Shown: positions 26,489 to 38,913 of the stretch, one piece after another
Layout: every line of letters begins with the position of its first letter
Position numbering within the stretch: position 1 is the stretch's first letter
Origin: Convolutriloba macropyga
Taxonomy: Eukaryota
Direction: 5' to 3'
DNA length: 64,000 nucleotides
NCBI RefSeq assembly: GCF_964194025.1
Contig: NC_134468.1
Span: forward strand, 13,640,001 to 13,704,000
Made by a program: the position numbers and the translations under genes
Notes under the pieces: model-generated
The model's database searches: none
Seen by the model: only the letters and a program-made list of their open reading frames with translations
What the model was told of the DNA's origin: nothing

Positions 26489-26761
26489 ATGATGTCAAAG
26501 ATATTGTTTGTTGCATTATTTGCTATGATTGTTACGAGTGTTGATATTAACAAGTGCATTTTATTGAGCGAAGAGAACAATTTTGGGACAAATTTGAAGT
26601 GGTTGTGTTGTGATGGAGTACAATTTTTGAGCGAGGCTGGAAAAATTACAGCAAAAGCAGGGGCATGCGAAAATTCCCAAAATAAAGTGAAGCCTTCAGC
26701 TGGCAGCATGTTAATGATAGCCAGTTTTGCAATTGTGCTACAATTACAGTTGAGTCATTAA
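26489..26761 (+). CDS. Small predicted secreted, GPI-anchored protein (90 aa; ORF open from 26465)
   Basis: N-terminal hydrophobic signal MMSKILFVALFAMIVTS, 4 Cys, candidate omega site in CENS, polar spacer, hydrophobic C-terminus MLMIASFAIVLQLQL. Confidence 0.6.
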   Translation: MMSKILFVALFAMIVTSVDINKCILLSEENNFGTNLKWLCCDGVQFLSEAGKITAKAGACENSQNKVKPSAGSMLMIASFAIVLQLQLSH

Positions 26762-26940
26762 TATGAGAGTAGTAGGAAAGTGGTGAAGGAAAACAGTTTA
26801 ATGAGAGCAAGTAGATGGAGTTGAGTAAAGTGAACAAAACTAGAAAATTTCAAAAACAAAGAAACTTTTAGTTTTATTTACCATACGTTGAATCTGTAAA
26901 TGAATTAAAGTTAGGAGAAGATTGATCTATATATTTTTCA

Positions 26941-29242
26941 TTAAGCACGCGACTCATAAATCACTTGAGGATAAATGGGGGGCGGAACAATCGATTGCTC
27001 TGACTCTGGACAAGATGCAGATTGAGAATCCGCTGTATCAACAGTAGTTGTTGAAGGGCTAAAAAATGGATTTGGTAAATTTAAATCACGTCGTCGGAAA
27101 ATTAATCCCTTTTCGCGAACACGATGATTAGGGTGTTGTCGCAAGTAGTCATAATCTTCATCAGAAACTACCAAAATGGGCTGTGATTTAATAGTGTGGG
27201 CAGAAATAGTTAGGCGAAATGGGAAACGTCTATGAACTTGAATGTACCGGTGAAAAAGATAACTCATCAAAAAGTGTAGACCGAAAGACAAAATAAATGT
27301 AGTGATCGCAAACACTATATAAGGTGTCCAGTGCACCGTCTCATCGAATTTTGCTGTTATCTGAGGATGAAATTGTTTCATGCGATTAACAATAGGTTCA
27401 GTAACTTTTTCGAGTTCTTTATAATTACGTCTCTTATGCTCAGGAATGTGAATTAGTTGGAGATGAACCTCCTCTACTAATTGTACTCGAGCAATGTCAA
27501 CATCAGACATTTGTGGCATAGAATCAAGAGATGGAAGTTGATTGAATAAAAAGCTAAGCGGCGTTGGTAAATTAATGTCGAGTCTTAACTGGTGTTGTAT
27601 ACTGACAGGTAGACCAATCTGATCTTAAATGTATATTAGGTCCTTCTAATTCCTGTCCACACGCTAAAATAATAATGCAAACTTGGCACCCTTGTCTATG
27701 TTCTTTACTTAGGGGATGACTAGAATTCGGAGATCTAGACGAGAGCAGAAAGTTTGGCGTTGCACTAGTAATCAGCCATCTACCATGGCCTAACGATTGA
27801 GCCTTTTCTTTGATAGGTAATTGAATTGATCTGATGCTACAAACTTCGAGTGCGGATAGAGTGTCTTTAAAAAGCAAAGTAGCCAGACATGAGTCCTTCG
27901 ATTTTTCCATCGCAAAAGAAGAGAAACAAATTGAGTAAAGCTTAGAGCCTATACATTCTTGTAAGTCAAATTCAGTCAAAAGTGCAGCTTCACTTTGCGT
28001 GTCTGTTACTGCAATGTAAGGCGTTTCTAAAACCCAAATGGTTGCTCTTGTTGACTCTTTAGTTGGCATTGGAACTGGAAGAGCGTGAATTACATCTAAA
28101 GCTGTAGAACCTGATGAAAAAGGTATAGATAATGTTAACATAAGACCAAAGTCGACACTAACAACACTTGTAACAAGTCGTGTCTCATAGTAAGACATCA
28201 CATGTTCTATTGGAATGGAAAGTGTTAGTCGATCTCTGTTGTATTGAGTTTCTAGCAAAACTTGTTGTAAAATTCGAATAAAAATTTTGCGAGGTATAAG
28301 AGAAAGTGGCAGCATACCATCTGCAATGGCAGTAGTCGAGCTCAAAATATTCATTCTAAAAGCAAAAAGAGCAGATCTATATGTGCGCAGATTGGTGTAT
28401 ACAGACGTTAAAATAGAGTTCAACAGGCCAATGTGGTGATTGAATTCTTCACGGATATAAAGAAATTGGTCACAATTTCGCATGTAGTTAATGCTGCTAG
28501 CCAATGTGTCAAACTGTGTCTGTAAAATTTTAACATTAGATCTCTGGATTTCAGCTAGATGTTCTGTGGCTTTACGCAGGTCTCGGAGTTCCTTTCCTAC
28601 TATAAAAAATTTCTCGTTCGTGGCGTTTTGGACACTAGACCATTCTTGCTGTAATTGGTTCATGTGGTTGATTGAGTCTACAATAGCTTTTCTATTCTGC
28701 TTACCAATCTGATTGCATCCGCCAAACATTCGTCCTAATGTACAGGATAGTTTGTCTTTGAATCCCATGCCCAGACCAAAGATTCCAGCTGCAGCGCCTG
28801 CTAACAGGGCAACGGGAATGCCTCTTCGTTCTCGATATTGATGCTCTGTAACTTTTGAGGGGAACAGCTCTGTGAGTTCTTGCTGAAGTTTCACCAAGTC
28901 GTTTTCGGCTCTTTCTTTCTCTGCAATGACTTCGGTAAGAACCCATTGTGAATTGAAGTTGGTGGCAGTGATGTTACTGTAGTCAAGTTGGCATCCCTTG
29001 TTGGGGTGATTCCAGATTGTGTCCATTCTTTGTGCGATTTCAGAGATAAATTTATCAATTGTTAGGTCAAAATTTGGAAAAGGCAAAACAAATTGAATCT
29101 GTTCAAATTTTTCAGCCAATAGTATTTTTCGATGGTAATTAAAAACAATGCCATTATGTTCTGAGTTTCCTGCTATCAGAAAAGGAAAGATTATTAATTG
29201 AACAAGCGAAATTGAATACAAGTTGTAACCAAAGTTGGCCAT
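26941..29242 (-). pseudogene. env: env, class I fusion glycoprotein (baculovirus-F/errantivirus-like), one frameshift near 27584
   Basis: Signal peptide, furin site RERR|GIPVALLAGAAAGIFGLG fusion peptide, heptad region, Cys-rich region, TM WTPYIVFAITTFILSFGLHFLMSYLF. The shifted frame LDINLPTPL.. aligns with the second env. Confidence 0.9.
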
Positions 29243-29509
29243 TCTTTAGTTAAAATTTGTTTTCTTAAGTTCGCCAATTGTTAGTACTGCTCAATTCGAC
29301 TGATTTTTGGATAAATGATCTAAATATGTGAATATTTTGGTTTGTATTCTGAGTGTGTTGAACTTTATAAGAAAAGGTTATGTTTGAACTGACGGGAGTG
29401 ATATCCAAAGTTTAGTCAAATTAACTTTTATCAAATGTTACTAGATTTGTTTGCTGTTTCAGTGGAGCACAGGAAGGACATAGTTTGCCTACTTAGATAA
29501 TCTAAACAA

Positions 29510-32500
29510 TTAGTTTGCGAATCGGTCAGAGTTCGATGAGCTGGCTTGATAGCGTTTTGGTACGTTCACCTCTCGGCGAAGTTCATATGCCCTGTTAGTT
29601 CCAACGCGTGGATCTTGATCTGGTGGAACTAATGAGCGGCGCCTTCTTTTTGATTTATTTGGCGGATCCAAAGGAACCGCTTGTGAAAACACGCTGGTCG
29701 GTTGAGTAGTGGCCCGTGTAACGTAATTTGGATAGTGTCGGGTATCAATGAATTCGGCACTCTGAGTAGTTGGTTGGAAGTGTTGGTTTCCTTCTACCAC
29801 AAATTGCTCCGCAGTATTTTTATACTCTTCGTGACAAAAACCTGGCCTGTTTTCCTGGTTTTGGGTCTGTAGGGGTCGCAAAATGGGCTGCTCATCATCT
29901 GATTGTTGTAATATGGGGTCTGAATTTCGTCCATCAGCAACTAAATTTGTGTTATTATCATTTTCACGTCGGTTTATATTTAATTGCAGTTCCGGATTAT
30001 TTGCAAAGTGTGTTGGAGCATTAAAACGTGATCTCACACCAAATTGCATAATTGAGGAACCATTAGATGGTCCCACTATGATTGGCGAGTGGTGGGAGGC
30101 TAGATCTTTTAGGGTTTGGTCAAAAATTTGAGGTTCAGAGATTATTTTTGTGATTGGGTCGGCTTTAAAAATTTTGGAGTCAATCTCTTTCAAATCTTCA
30201 AACTCGTATTTTGGTTGAATTGGACGCAAACCAATACGATGTACGAGTTGTGTATCGTTGGTATTAACTTTGCGAACTATATAATTTGAATTTGTTAAAA
30301 CTTGCTCAACGCGATAGAGCGGTAACCATTTGGTTACTGATTTAGCAGCAAAGTCTTTTGTACTACTTATTTTTGGGTTCATTAATAGGCAGTACGAATA
30401 CAATGCTAGAGGTTTTGAAAGAGCTTTTTTGTCATAGAAACGACGATATTTGTTGTATGCAACTATGGAATTATCCCTAGCACCAGCAAAGAGCGTGTTC
30501 ATACGGTCTTGACTTTGTTGTAAAAAGTCTTGAGTTGGTTGCGCTTTTTTGACAGTTAAATTATTGAATCGCAAGTCAAGGGGCTTTGTCGGCTGACGGC
30601 CATGAAAGAGCAGGGTCGGGGGGCATCCTATTGAAGAATTATAAGTGGTGTTATAGACAGAAGCTGCGATATCAACATAATGGTGCCAGTCTTTTACAAT
30701 TATATCTTCGTAAATATGCAAAAATCGTTTTACTATAGCATGGCTACGTTCAACTGCACCAATTGTTTGAGGATGTTTTACAGATGCCAATTTTAGTTCA
30801 ACTTCTAGCAATTCACATAAAGTTTTCATCATCTTTGACGTGAAAACTGAGCCCAAATCACAAAATGGTTGATGGAAGGTATGCGTGCTGCATAAAAATT
30901 TGAAGCAAAAATCTGGCAACGTTTTCCGCCGAGGCATTTTTCATTGGGATTAGAAAAAGATAACGGCTGAAGATATCCATCGCAGAGAGTATGTGTATAA
31001 CCTCCGGAGGGATTAAGTTTGCCTACAATATCTACTTCCATCAAATCTCCCGGAAAACATTGTTCTGATGCAATTGGTAAAAGAGGTGTTTTTAGGCTGT
31101 TTTGCTGAACTGATTTGATTTGCAAACAAGATGAACAATTGGACACATACTCTAAAAGAGTTTCTGTAAATTCAAGAAAGTAAAACCTCTGGCGAAACTG
31201 GTTTGCAGTTTCGGCTGTTCCAATGTGTCCCATAAATTTGCTATTGTGAATTCTAAACAGAATCTCATGACGAAGGTGCTTAGGAAGAACCAACTGACGT
31301 ATAAAATTCTGTCCGGTGTTATCGAAAAATTTGCGATATAACACATTATCATACAATTCCAATCGGTTCAATTGTTTATTATATTTTTGCAATTCGGTAT
31401 TAGAGTAAGTTGTAACTGGTTTCACTTTTCTCTTGATCCAATTGATCACAGTTCTAATATTGCCATCTTTTTGTTGCTCCTCAAAAAGATTCAGGGACTG
31501 GTTGTTATTGCTGAGATCAAACTCATCTAAGGGGTTAGCTTCTGCGAGTGAATTTAAGGGGAAGTCAAAAGAAGGCTCAAACACTTCAATCATATCAGAA
31601 TCTGGTTCCTCTAAATAGCACTGTAAAGCTGTAAGACTATTGTCTGGAATTTTTGGTCGGAATTCGACAGCAACGTCTATAAGTTGAATTCTGGTTTCCA
31701 ATTTTAGTTGGAGCTTTGTAGCAGGATTAATATAGATCCTAGACAAATAATCTGCGGCTACGTTAGCTTTACCTGGGACATGCCCCAAAACAAAATTGAA
31801 ATTAAGGACATGATCAACTGCATTCCATAAGGCAGTTGGAATTGTCTTTGCCTGGAAAAAACTAGTCAAACTTTTGTTGTCAGTCAACACTAAGATAGGT
31901 TTTTTAGTCCCCCATAAGATGTGCGCAAAATTATCAAAAGCAAAAGGAACTCCCAGAAACTCTTTTGCATAAACTGATAATTTAAGTTGCGTTGTATTAA
32001 AGATTTTAGAACCAAAAGCCACGGGAGCGTATTGCTTCTGTTCTAGTCCTTCCTGGTTCAGTACATAGTCCTCTACCATAAGGACGTATCCTGCGGAATA
32101 ATAGCTTGCGTCGGACAAAATTACATATTGTAGATCTGTTTTTGGTTGGCGAAGGGTTATTTTACAAGCATTGTTTAGCATTTCTATTAGTTCACTCATC
32201 GATTTTCGGTGCTCATCCGTAATTTCAAAATTGTTGTTACATTTTAGTAGTTTGTAAAATGGGAGCAGTCTCTCACTGAGGTTCGGTAAATAGGTCCTAA
32301 AGTATTGAAATAAACCAACAAGTCTTTTGACTTGCTTGAAGTTTTTTGGCATTTTGAGATTTGATAAAAATTTATCTATTTTGGCCTTTATGGGAGATGT
32401 CCCTTCCGATGAAATTGTTCTACCTAAAAGTGTGATCTCGGGGACACCAATTTCACATTTTCCCATTGATAACTTAAGTCCTGAATTTCTAATACACGTA

Positions 32501-33890
32501 AAGATAGCTTTCAAATTTCCGTAAAGACACTGAAAATCAATTGCGCCTGTTCCCAAATCATCCACGTACTGGAAACATTGGTCATTAGCTATACATGAAT
32601 CAAGGTACTTTCTCATGAAAGAGCTGAAGGCACTGACTGATCTACTTAGTCCCTGTGCTAACCTAGTGTACGCAAAGGTTCGGGAGGCAAAATTGAAGGC
32701 TAATAACTGGACAGATAATGGGTCAGACATCTTAACCGCATAATACGCCGGACTACAATCTAGTTTTGCGAAAATTCGTTTGCCCGCTAAATGTGCTCCG
32801 ACATCTTCTATAGTTGAAATCGGGAAATTGTTAGAGTTGTAGTCATGGCGTATTAAGTGATTAATACGCCTAAGGTCAACTAATAGTCGGAGTTTTCCGG
32901 ACGGTTTGCGTTGCGCAAAAAGAGGGCTCGAGTATTTGGAATAGGGCAGTGTAGTGATGATTCCAAAATACTGCATTATAGCTAAATCAATTAGGATTTC
33001 CTCGCGCAAGTGAATTGCAGTGGGTGGGCTCTGAGTATACACTGGTCGCTGTGTTTCAGGTGTGAGCTTAATCTTAAACTGGTCATTTCCACCGACATCA
33101 TAATTGTGCCGCGCAAAGACATCATGAAAAGAAACTAAAAGTTCTTCAAAGTAGGCGTTAAAATTGTAAGTCGAGCAACTACTGCTCCCTTTGGTACTGA
33201 AACTACATTTGGGGTTACATTTAAGAAAGCTATTGGCGTTTTTGAAGATTGGATTTTTGAAAAGGAGCTGGTTAAACAAAGACCTGTTGATCTTTCAAAA
33301 CGTGGGTTAGGATCTACAATTCCAATTGTGTTGTCGGCTAAAATATTGTCGAGAAAACAATCTATTGTTTCCTGACTATTGGGGAAAATGTTCAATTTTT
33401 TGATTGTTTTGAGAACGTATTTATGTTTTTTTAAATTTCTTTTTCGTTTTGCCATTACGCATTGTCATTTCTGAAATTTGCAGCGATATTTCAGGCAGGT
33501 GTAGTTTTTGATGCTACGTCAATTAGAATTCTATTGTTTTTATAGAATGGAAGACCTAAAATTGGGTTATTCATTTTCGGCAACAACAAAAACTTTTCTG
33601 TGAATACTTGATTAGCGAGAGTGAAGGTGATTTCAACTTGACCTAGGGTTTTTGCATGGGTTGCGTTTGCCACTTTTACAACGGGAAAGGGGTTTGTATC
33701 AAGATATTTAATACTCTGCGGTGCAGAAGATTTAATTTTCAAGCATGGACGGTGTAAGAGCACTAGAGAAAGCACCAGAGTCCACTAAAAACTTTAAGGA
33801 AAGTGATTTAAACGTTAGGGGAACAAAAAACAGATTTGAGGAAAAAGGAGGCATAACAGCAGTTAGAAAAGGGGGTTGCAAATGTGGCTG
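29510..33890 (-). pseudogene. pol: pol (protease, RT, RNase H, integrase) with frameshifts and an internal deletion
   Basis: FLVDSGA protease motif (~33785); RT LRLLVDLRRINH, AQGL, YVDD; RH SDAS..ELL-like..TDNKSL; IN HHCC (H..H..CSSC), DIVG, DLGSVFTS, ERSH. Confidence 0.95.
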
Positions 33891-33892
33891 AC

Positions 33893-35781
33893 CTAGTTTT
33901 TTTGCTGATCAAATGGCAGTTGCTGATTTCTTTCAGGTTGAGGTTTGGACCAGCAGTACTGCACTGTGTGTCCATACTTTCCACAATTGCGGCAGTATCT
34001 CTGGTTTCTGGTGGGCATTGTATTTGACCAGTGTCCTGCGTATGCTGTTGGATAGCCTGATGCTGGGTAACCTTGTGCTTGCACACCCGCTTCATCAGTT
34101 GTCGCTGACTGTTGGCCGTGGGACTGATAGCCATAAGCCTGGTAGACTGGCTGCTGTTGTCCTGTTGTTATATAGCCCATTTCCACCGACATCATAATTG
34201 TGCCGCGCAAAGACATCATGAAAAGAAACTAAAAGTTCTTCAATTTGTTCCTTTTCTTGTTCAGTTAAAATTGAATTGTCCCACCGAAATTTTGAAAGAA
34301 ATTTTTTCCTAGACTCAGAATCTTTTGTTGGATCAAGCTTTTCTTGTTCTTTCAAAAATTTGAGTGTCTCAAATATTCTTTTGTGAATACCGGTTAATGC
34401 ATCTGGGTCCTCACAATTTTCAGGTGTAGGAAACCAAAAGCAGTCTGTTGGAAATGGTAAACTTTGCTGGGAATTGTCAACAAGCTCGTTTATGTCGCTG
34501 CCATCTATATTTAAGAGCGCTGGGTCAATTGGTTGTAAATACTTTGCTTGCTTAGGCGTTAAAATTGTAAGTCGAGCAACTGGACGGTGTAAGAGCACTA
34601 GAGAAAGCACCAGAGTCCACTAAAAACTTTAAGGAAAGTGATTTAAACGTTAGGGGAACAAAAAACAGATTTGAGGAAAAAGGAGGCATAACAGCAGTTA
34701 GAAAAGGGGGTTGCAAATGTGGCTGACCTAGTTTTTTTGCTGATCAAATGGCAGTTGCTGATTTCTTTCAGGTTGAGGTTTGGACCAGCAGTACTGCACT
34801 GTGTGTCCATACTTTCCACATTTGCGGCAGTATCTCTTTCAAATTTTGACTTTTATATAGCCCGGTCTTTGAGAGCTGATTGCATTGTGACTCTGATTAT
34901 TTTGACGCCAGTCTCTTTGTTGGAAAGGTTGTTGCATCTGCCAGTTTTTGTTAAACTGGTAGGGCGGATTAAACCGCTGTCTTGGGTAAAACCCACCTCT
35001 GCCTCGATAGAAATGGTGCGGCTGTCTAAAATTACTATAAGGAGCATTAGAGTTTGCATTTTGACTTTTATGCTCTTCCAGTGACTTCGCTAATTTGTTT
35101 GTTGTTTCTTTCAGCTCTGTTTGATTTTTATTTAAGGCACTCATACTCTGAATAAGTGAGGTCATTTGTGAGGCTGAGATTTCGCTAAATGCTGTTCCGA
35201 CATCATCTTCAGGGTATTGCTCTTCAAGCATCGCCCTTCTAGAAGCCCGTTCACAAGTCTTCTACAGTGGTGTGGTCAGGAAGAGTTAGTAGGTACTTTT
35301 TAAGCTTATTTGGCAAACCATTAATAAAGTTCTCCTTAACTCTTCTGACTCGCTCATTAGAACGATCTTCAGCAGCAACTGCTGGCACGCCAGCAGCGGC
35401 AGCTCGCGCAGCAATATTTGGAAAAGCAAGACTAGCTAAGCGTTGCAACTCTGTCAAAAAATCATGAATGCTTTCCTCTGATTGCTTCAGTTTTCTATTT
35501 TGGAATTGGAGTTTATAAAGTTCAATTCTATCAGGGTTTACATACCGGTTTCTCAATGCGTCTAGTGCTTGATCCAAGTCTTCACGTATGGCTTCTGTAA
35601 GCTGGTCATAAAAAACTAAGGCATTACCTTTAAGATGAAGATGCAAGTAGCGATGTTGTTGATCCTCGTCGATTGCTGCCAATCCAATGCAACTTCGAAG
35701 TTGTCGTTCAAATTGAGTAAAATTATCTTTCTCTGATCCCGAAAAGGGCGTCAAATTGAGAAAAGGTTGCAACTGAGCCAT
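33893..35781 (-). pseudogene. gag: gag (Ty3-type capsid + CCHC knuckle), frameshifted and internally rearranged
   Basis: LTPFSGSEKDNFTQFERQL..LKGNALVFYDQL capsid; knuckle CR[K/N]CGKYGHTVQYC present twice (~34790-34832 and ~33955-33997), each followed by an AAAAAAC slippery heptamer and TAG. Confidence 0.9.
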
Positions 35782-35887
35782 AGTTTACAACAAGAGATTG
35801 CAGAGTTTTACGATTTAGTTGTCATTTCCAATGGGAGTCATATTTAGTTTTAAGAGAAAAAATCTCTTGACTCAAACTTGCCAAAAA

Positions 35888-35901
35888 CACTCCTGTCACC
35901 A
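35888..35901 (-). promoter_or_regulatory. Primer-binding site, tRNA-Leu-like
   Basis: TGGTGACAGGAGTG directly after the 5' LTR; one mismatch to the complement of the recalled tRNA-Leu(CAG) 3' end (TGGTGTCAGGAGTG). Confidence 0.85.
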
Positions 35902-36339
35902 TGTCAGCGGAGGTGACAGCGGAGGTTCTCCTTTATGCCAGCTATCTATTAGAGCAATTTTGGGGGCGCTAACTATTTTGGTTTTCTCAGGCTTTTGTTT
36001 TAAAGATTTTAAGTCAGGATGCTCGAAAGAGTTCTTTTGGCAATTTTGAGTCTATCTCCAGAAATAAAAGTTTTGTGCAGCAAATGTTTTATTCACAAGT
36101 CAACTGAGCTGTAGCTATCGTTCTCTCTGTTCTGAGAGTGGCAATTAGATTAGAGAACAACATTTGATGTTAAATATTTGCACGAGATAAAGTCAGAGCA
36201 TTGTACAATTTAATCTTTATAATCCCGGATGTTTATGGGCGTGTGAATGAGTTACACTTTACTAACAATGGGGTAAATGCACGCGCATGGATTGTACAAA
36301 TATGTTTAAGCATGGCACGAATGTATGAGGGGCATGACA
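35902..36339 (-). repeat. 5' LTR (438 bp)
   Basis: Matches 23381-23826 and is followed on the - strand by the PBS. Confidence 0.95.
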
Positions 36340-38251
36340 ATAATTGGAATACTAAACAAACGTGTACACTTGAAAACCCTCAAATCACCAGTTCCATGTT
36401 TCCAAGAAGTACAGCCGCTCGTACATACTATAGCTGGCGACTAAATCAACACTAAATTAAAAGTCTGCATGGCTCCATAACGATTGTAGTGTCTTGTTTT
36501 CCAAGAAACACAAGAGCTGTCTTTGCTATTTGCTATCTCAAATCGGCCTTTGTTACCAGTCAATTCCCCAAAAAATTAACTCCTAATTTTTAAAAATTGA
36601 AAACGCAATAACTTGTCTGCGAATCAAAAAGGAAATGAACTTGGTTTTGTAGAATCAGAAGCTCTTATTCCCAATAAAAGCAGTTGACAATCAACGATCT
36701 GTAAATTTTCACAAAATAGGGAATAGAATAGGAAAGGTGAGCTTTTAATTAAAACTGCCAGCTGTTTCCCCCAATAGAATTTCCCAGCTGCTCTGAATAG
36801 GAGTATGTAGACCATATGGAGAGCATAGTTTTCTACGGTGTTATCACTTAATGTTACATCTCAGTTTAGTTTGCTTTGCTCTACAGTTTTTTTCTATGCT
36901 ATTGACTCTATGTTCAAAAATTACAAAATCTAATGATCTTCAACCTTCAACAAAACTTCTTTGTCAACTTCCTTGGAAAATGTTAACTTCTTTGGTGAGA
37001 TTTTTACCTGTTTCTCTCAATTAAATATGCAACTGCTCATCCATCATCTGTTCTGTTAGAGAATGCACCAATCCCTTACCTTTTTAGAAACAAATTTTAC
37101 CAAGTTCTATTTTAAATTATAAATTGTTGAAAAACACTCCAAAAATTCTCTCTGGAATTGAGATTGTCTTGGTGTCATGGAAACCAGAATCAAATGCGTG
37201 TTCATTGGAAAAAAACAATTACAGAAACAGACAACACAATCGTACACAATAACATATATTTCGCACTCCTACGCAGCGCAATTATCGGTCTCAGAGGCTG
37301 CCGTGTTACTAAACGTGTAGCTGAGGTTTATATTACATAGTTTTGTTGTGTGGGAGGGGAGGCTAGACAGCTAATTAGTAAAGTAACATTTCAACCTTTT
37401 GATGCGGCTCCTGTAGTCAATCACACTAACATTTCGCTTAAGTTTAAAATACAATGTGCTTTTGCGGTAAATTCAAATACGCCGCTGTGATGTTTCTTAT
37501 TGGTGGCTAACTCTTTTGTCTATTGTAGTGGATCTGACACTTTTGCAGTAACCTCTTGTCAGTAGACCGATGGAAATTTGCAATCATCTTCATGATATCA
37601 CTTACATAACATAAAATCTATAGGATAAGGTTGGAACTGTATAAATCAGTTTACATTTTCAGCAAGAACTGAAAAAACTTTTCAACAATTGATTCAGTTT
37701 ATATAGTTTTTCATAAAATCCATATATATAAAATTTTGTATATATAATTTTAAACTTGTAATATTTAACCCCTGGGTTATATTTTCAATTTACTTGTTTA
37801 AACAAAAAAATAATAACCACTTTTGTATCTCGCTGCAAAAAACATCGGACAAACATTTAGGAAGGGTTGGAAGAAGCTACACATGCTGGTCTAGGATTAT
37901 TACCATCCGCGGGTCTCTAGAACCCTAAAACTCCATGAATTGCCTTTCACACCGCGAACGTAGATCTCCGCAGCAGTTTTAGTGAATCGCATACTTATAT
38001 TAGTAAGGCTCTAGAGAACTGCCCGGCGACCTAATGCCCTCGGGTGTTATCAGTTTATCCTGTCTCTCAAGTTCTGTTCAGTTGAAGGTTTCTGATCTTT
38101 AGGCATCCGCCTCTGTCGATCAGCTCTTTCGTCGGAGGGTCATTTCCCTGTCAAATTGACGTTTTAAACTTAATACAACTTTGCTTCAGAGCACAACAAG
38201 AACCGAGGAAGGCAAAAGCTACATTCTTAAGTACATTTTATATAGAATTAC

Positions 38252-38359
38252 CTGAAAAAGCATATTACTGGCTTTGAGAGACTTTGCTGGTGGTTTAATC
38301 ATTCCTTTAGATCCATTTGATTTCTTCAAGGATTTCTCCGGTTTCACGGGCATCCTTAT
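38252..38359 (-). CDS. Possible host exon containing an ATG (MPVKPEKSLKKSNGSKGMIKPPAKSLKASNMLFQ)
   Basis: tttttcAG|..CAG|GTAATT, 108 nt. Could be a 5' exon of the ODF2-like gene; unproven. Confidence 0.3.
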
Positions 38360-38893
38360 CTGAAAAACATAGATCACATACAAAAACATACATAACTTGA
38401 ACACAAAAATTCTTTTCTTTAACTTTATTATAGTATCTCCTTCCCCCGCTGGTCACGCAGATAAACTTTCTCTTCGTTGTCGTAACTATAAGAAATTGGG
38501 TAGATACCCGAGTTACCAATTTTTTCCCACGTCACCAATGAAATTCAAACCAAAAATGAATGCGACGCCCGCACAGTCAACAAGACTGATAGTGTAGACG
38601 CCGTGTATGTCATATACAAATTCCTAATCCAGATTTGATATGAATTACACTTTTGTATTGGTTGAAATTCTGATATGGTAAAATGAATTTGTAGCTATTT
38701 AGAAATGGATTGTGATTGGTTTATTAGATTAACTTACAAAAACAATTGAAGAAGTTGCATGAAGGAGTTGGAAGAGATAGAGTGTTAGAATAAAGTTGCA
38801 AAAAGATGTTTTGAAATTGAGAGAATTAGAGGGAATCTGCTCAGAACCTGCATCTGAAAAATTATAAACCATAGAATTAATAGTGATAGAAGA

Positions 38894-38913
38894 TGGTGAC
38901 AGGAGTGGGATTC
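38894..38913 (+). promoter_or_regulatory. Primer-binding site, tRNA-Leu-like
   Basis: TGGTGACAGGAGTGGGATTC, extending into the complement of the tRNA T-arm. Confidence 0.9.

Larger units (their letters stand above)
23381..36339 (-). mobile_element. Full-length env-bearing Ty3/Gypsy LTR retroelement (errantivirus-like) with antisense accessory region
   Basis: Two ~97%-identical LTRs with TGTCA/TGACA ends; TSD ATAAT at 23376-23380 and 36340-36344; PBS; PPT; gag-PR-RT-RH-IN-env order. Confidence 0.97.
18680..37045. repeat. Tandem repeat, 3 x ~1.82 kb; third copy split by the LTR element
   Basis: The same ORF start recurs at 19608, 21425 and 23243. The third copy stops at 23380 and resumes at 36340 (..GGTA-ATAAT-TGGAATAC). 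Confidence 0.9.
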
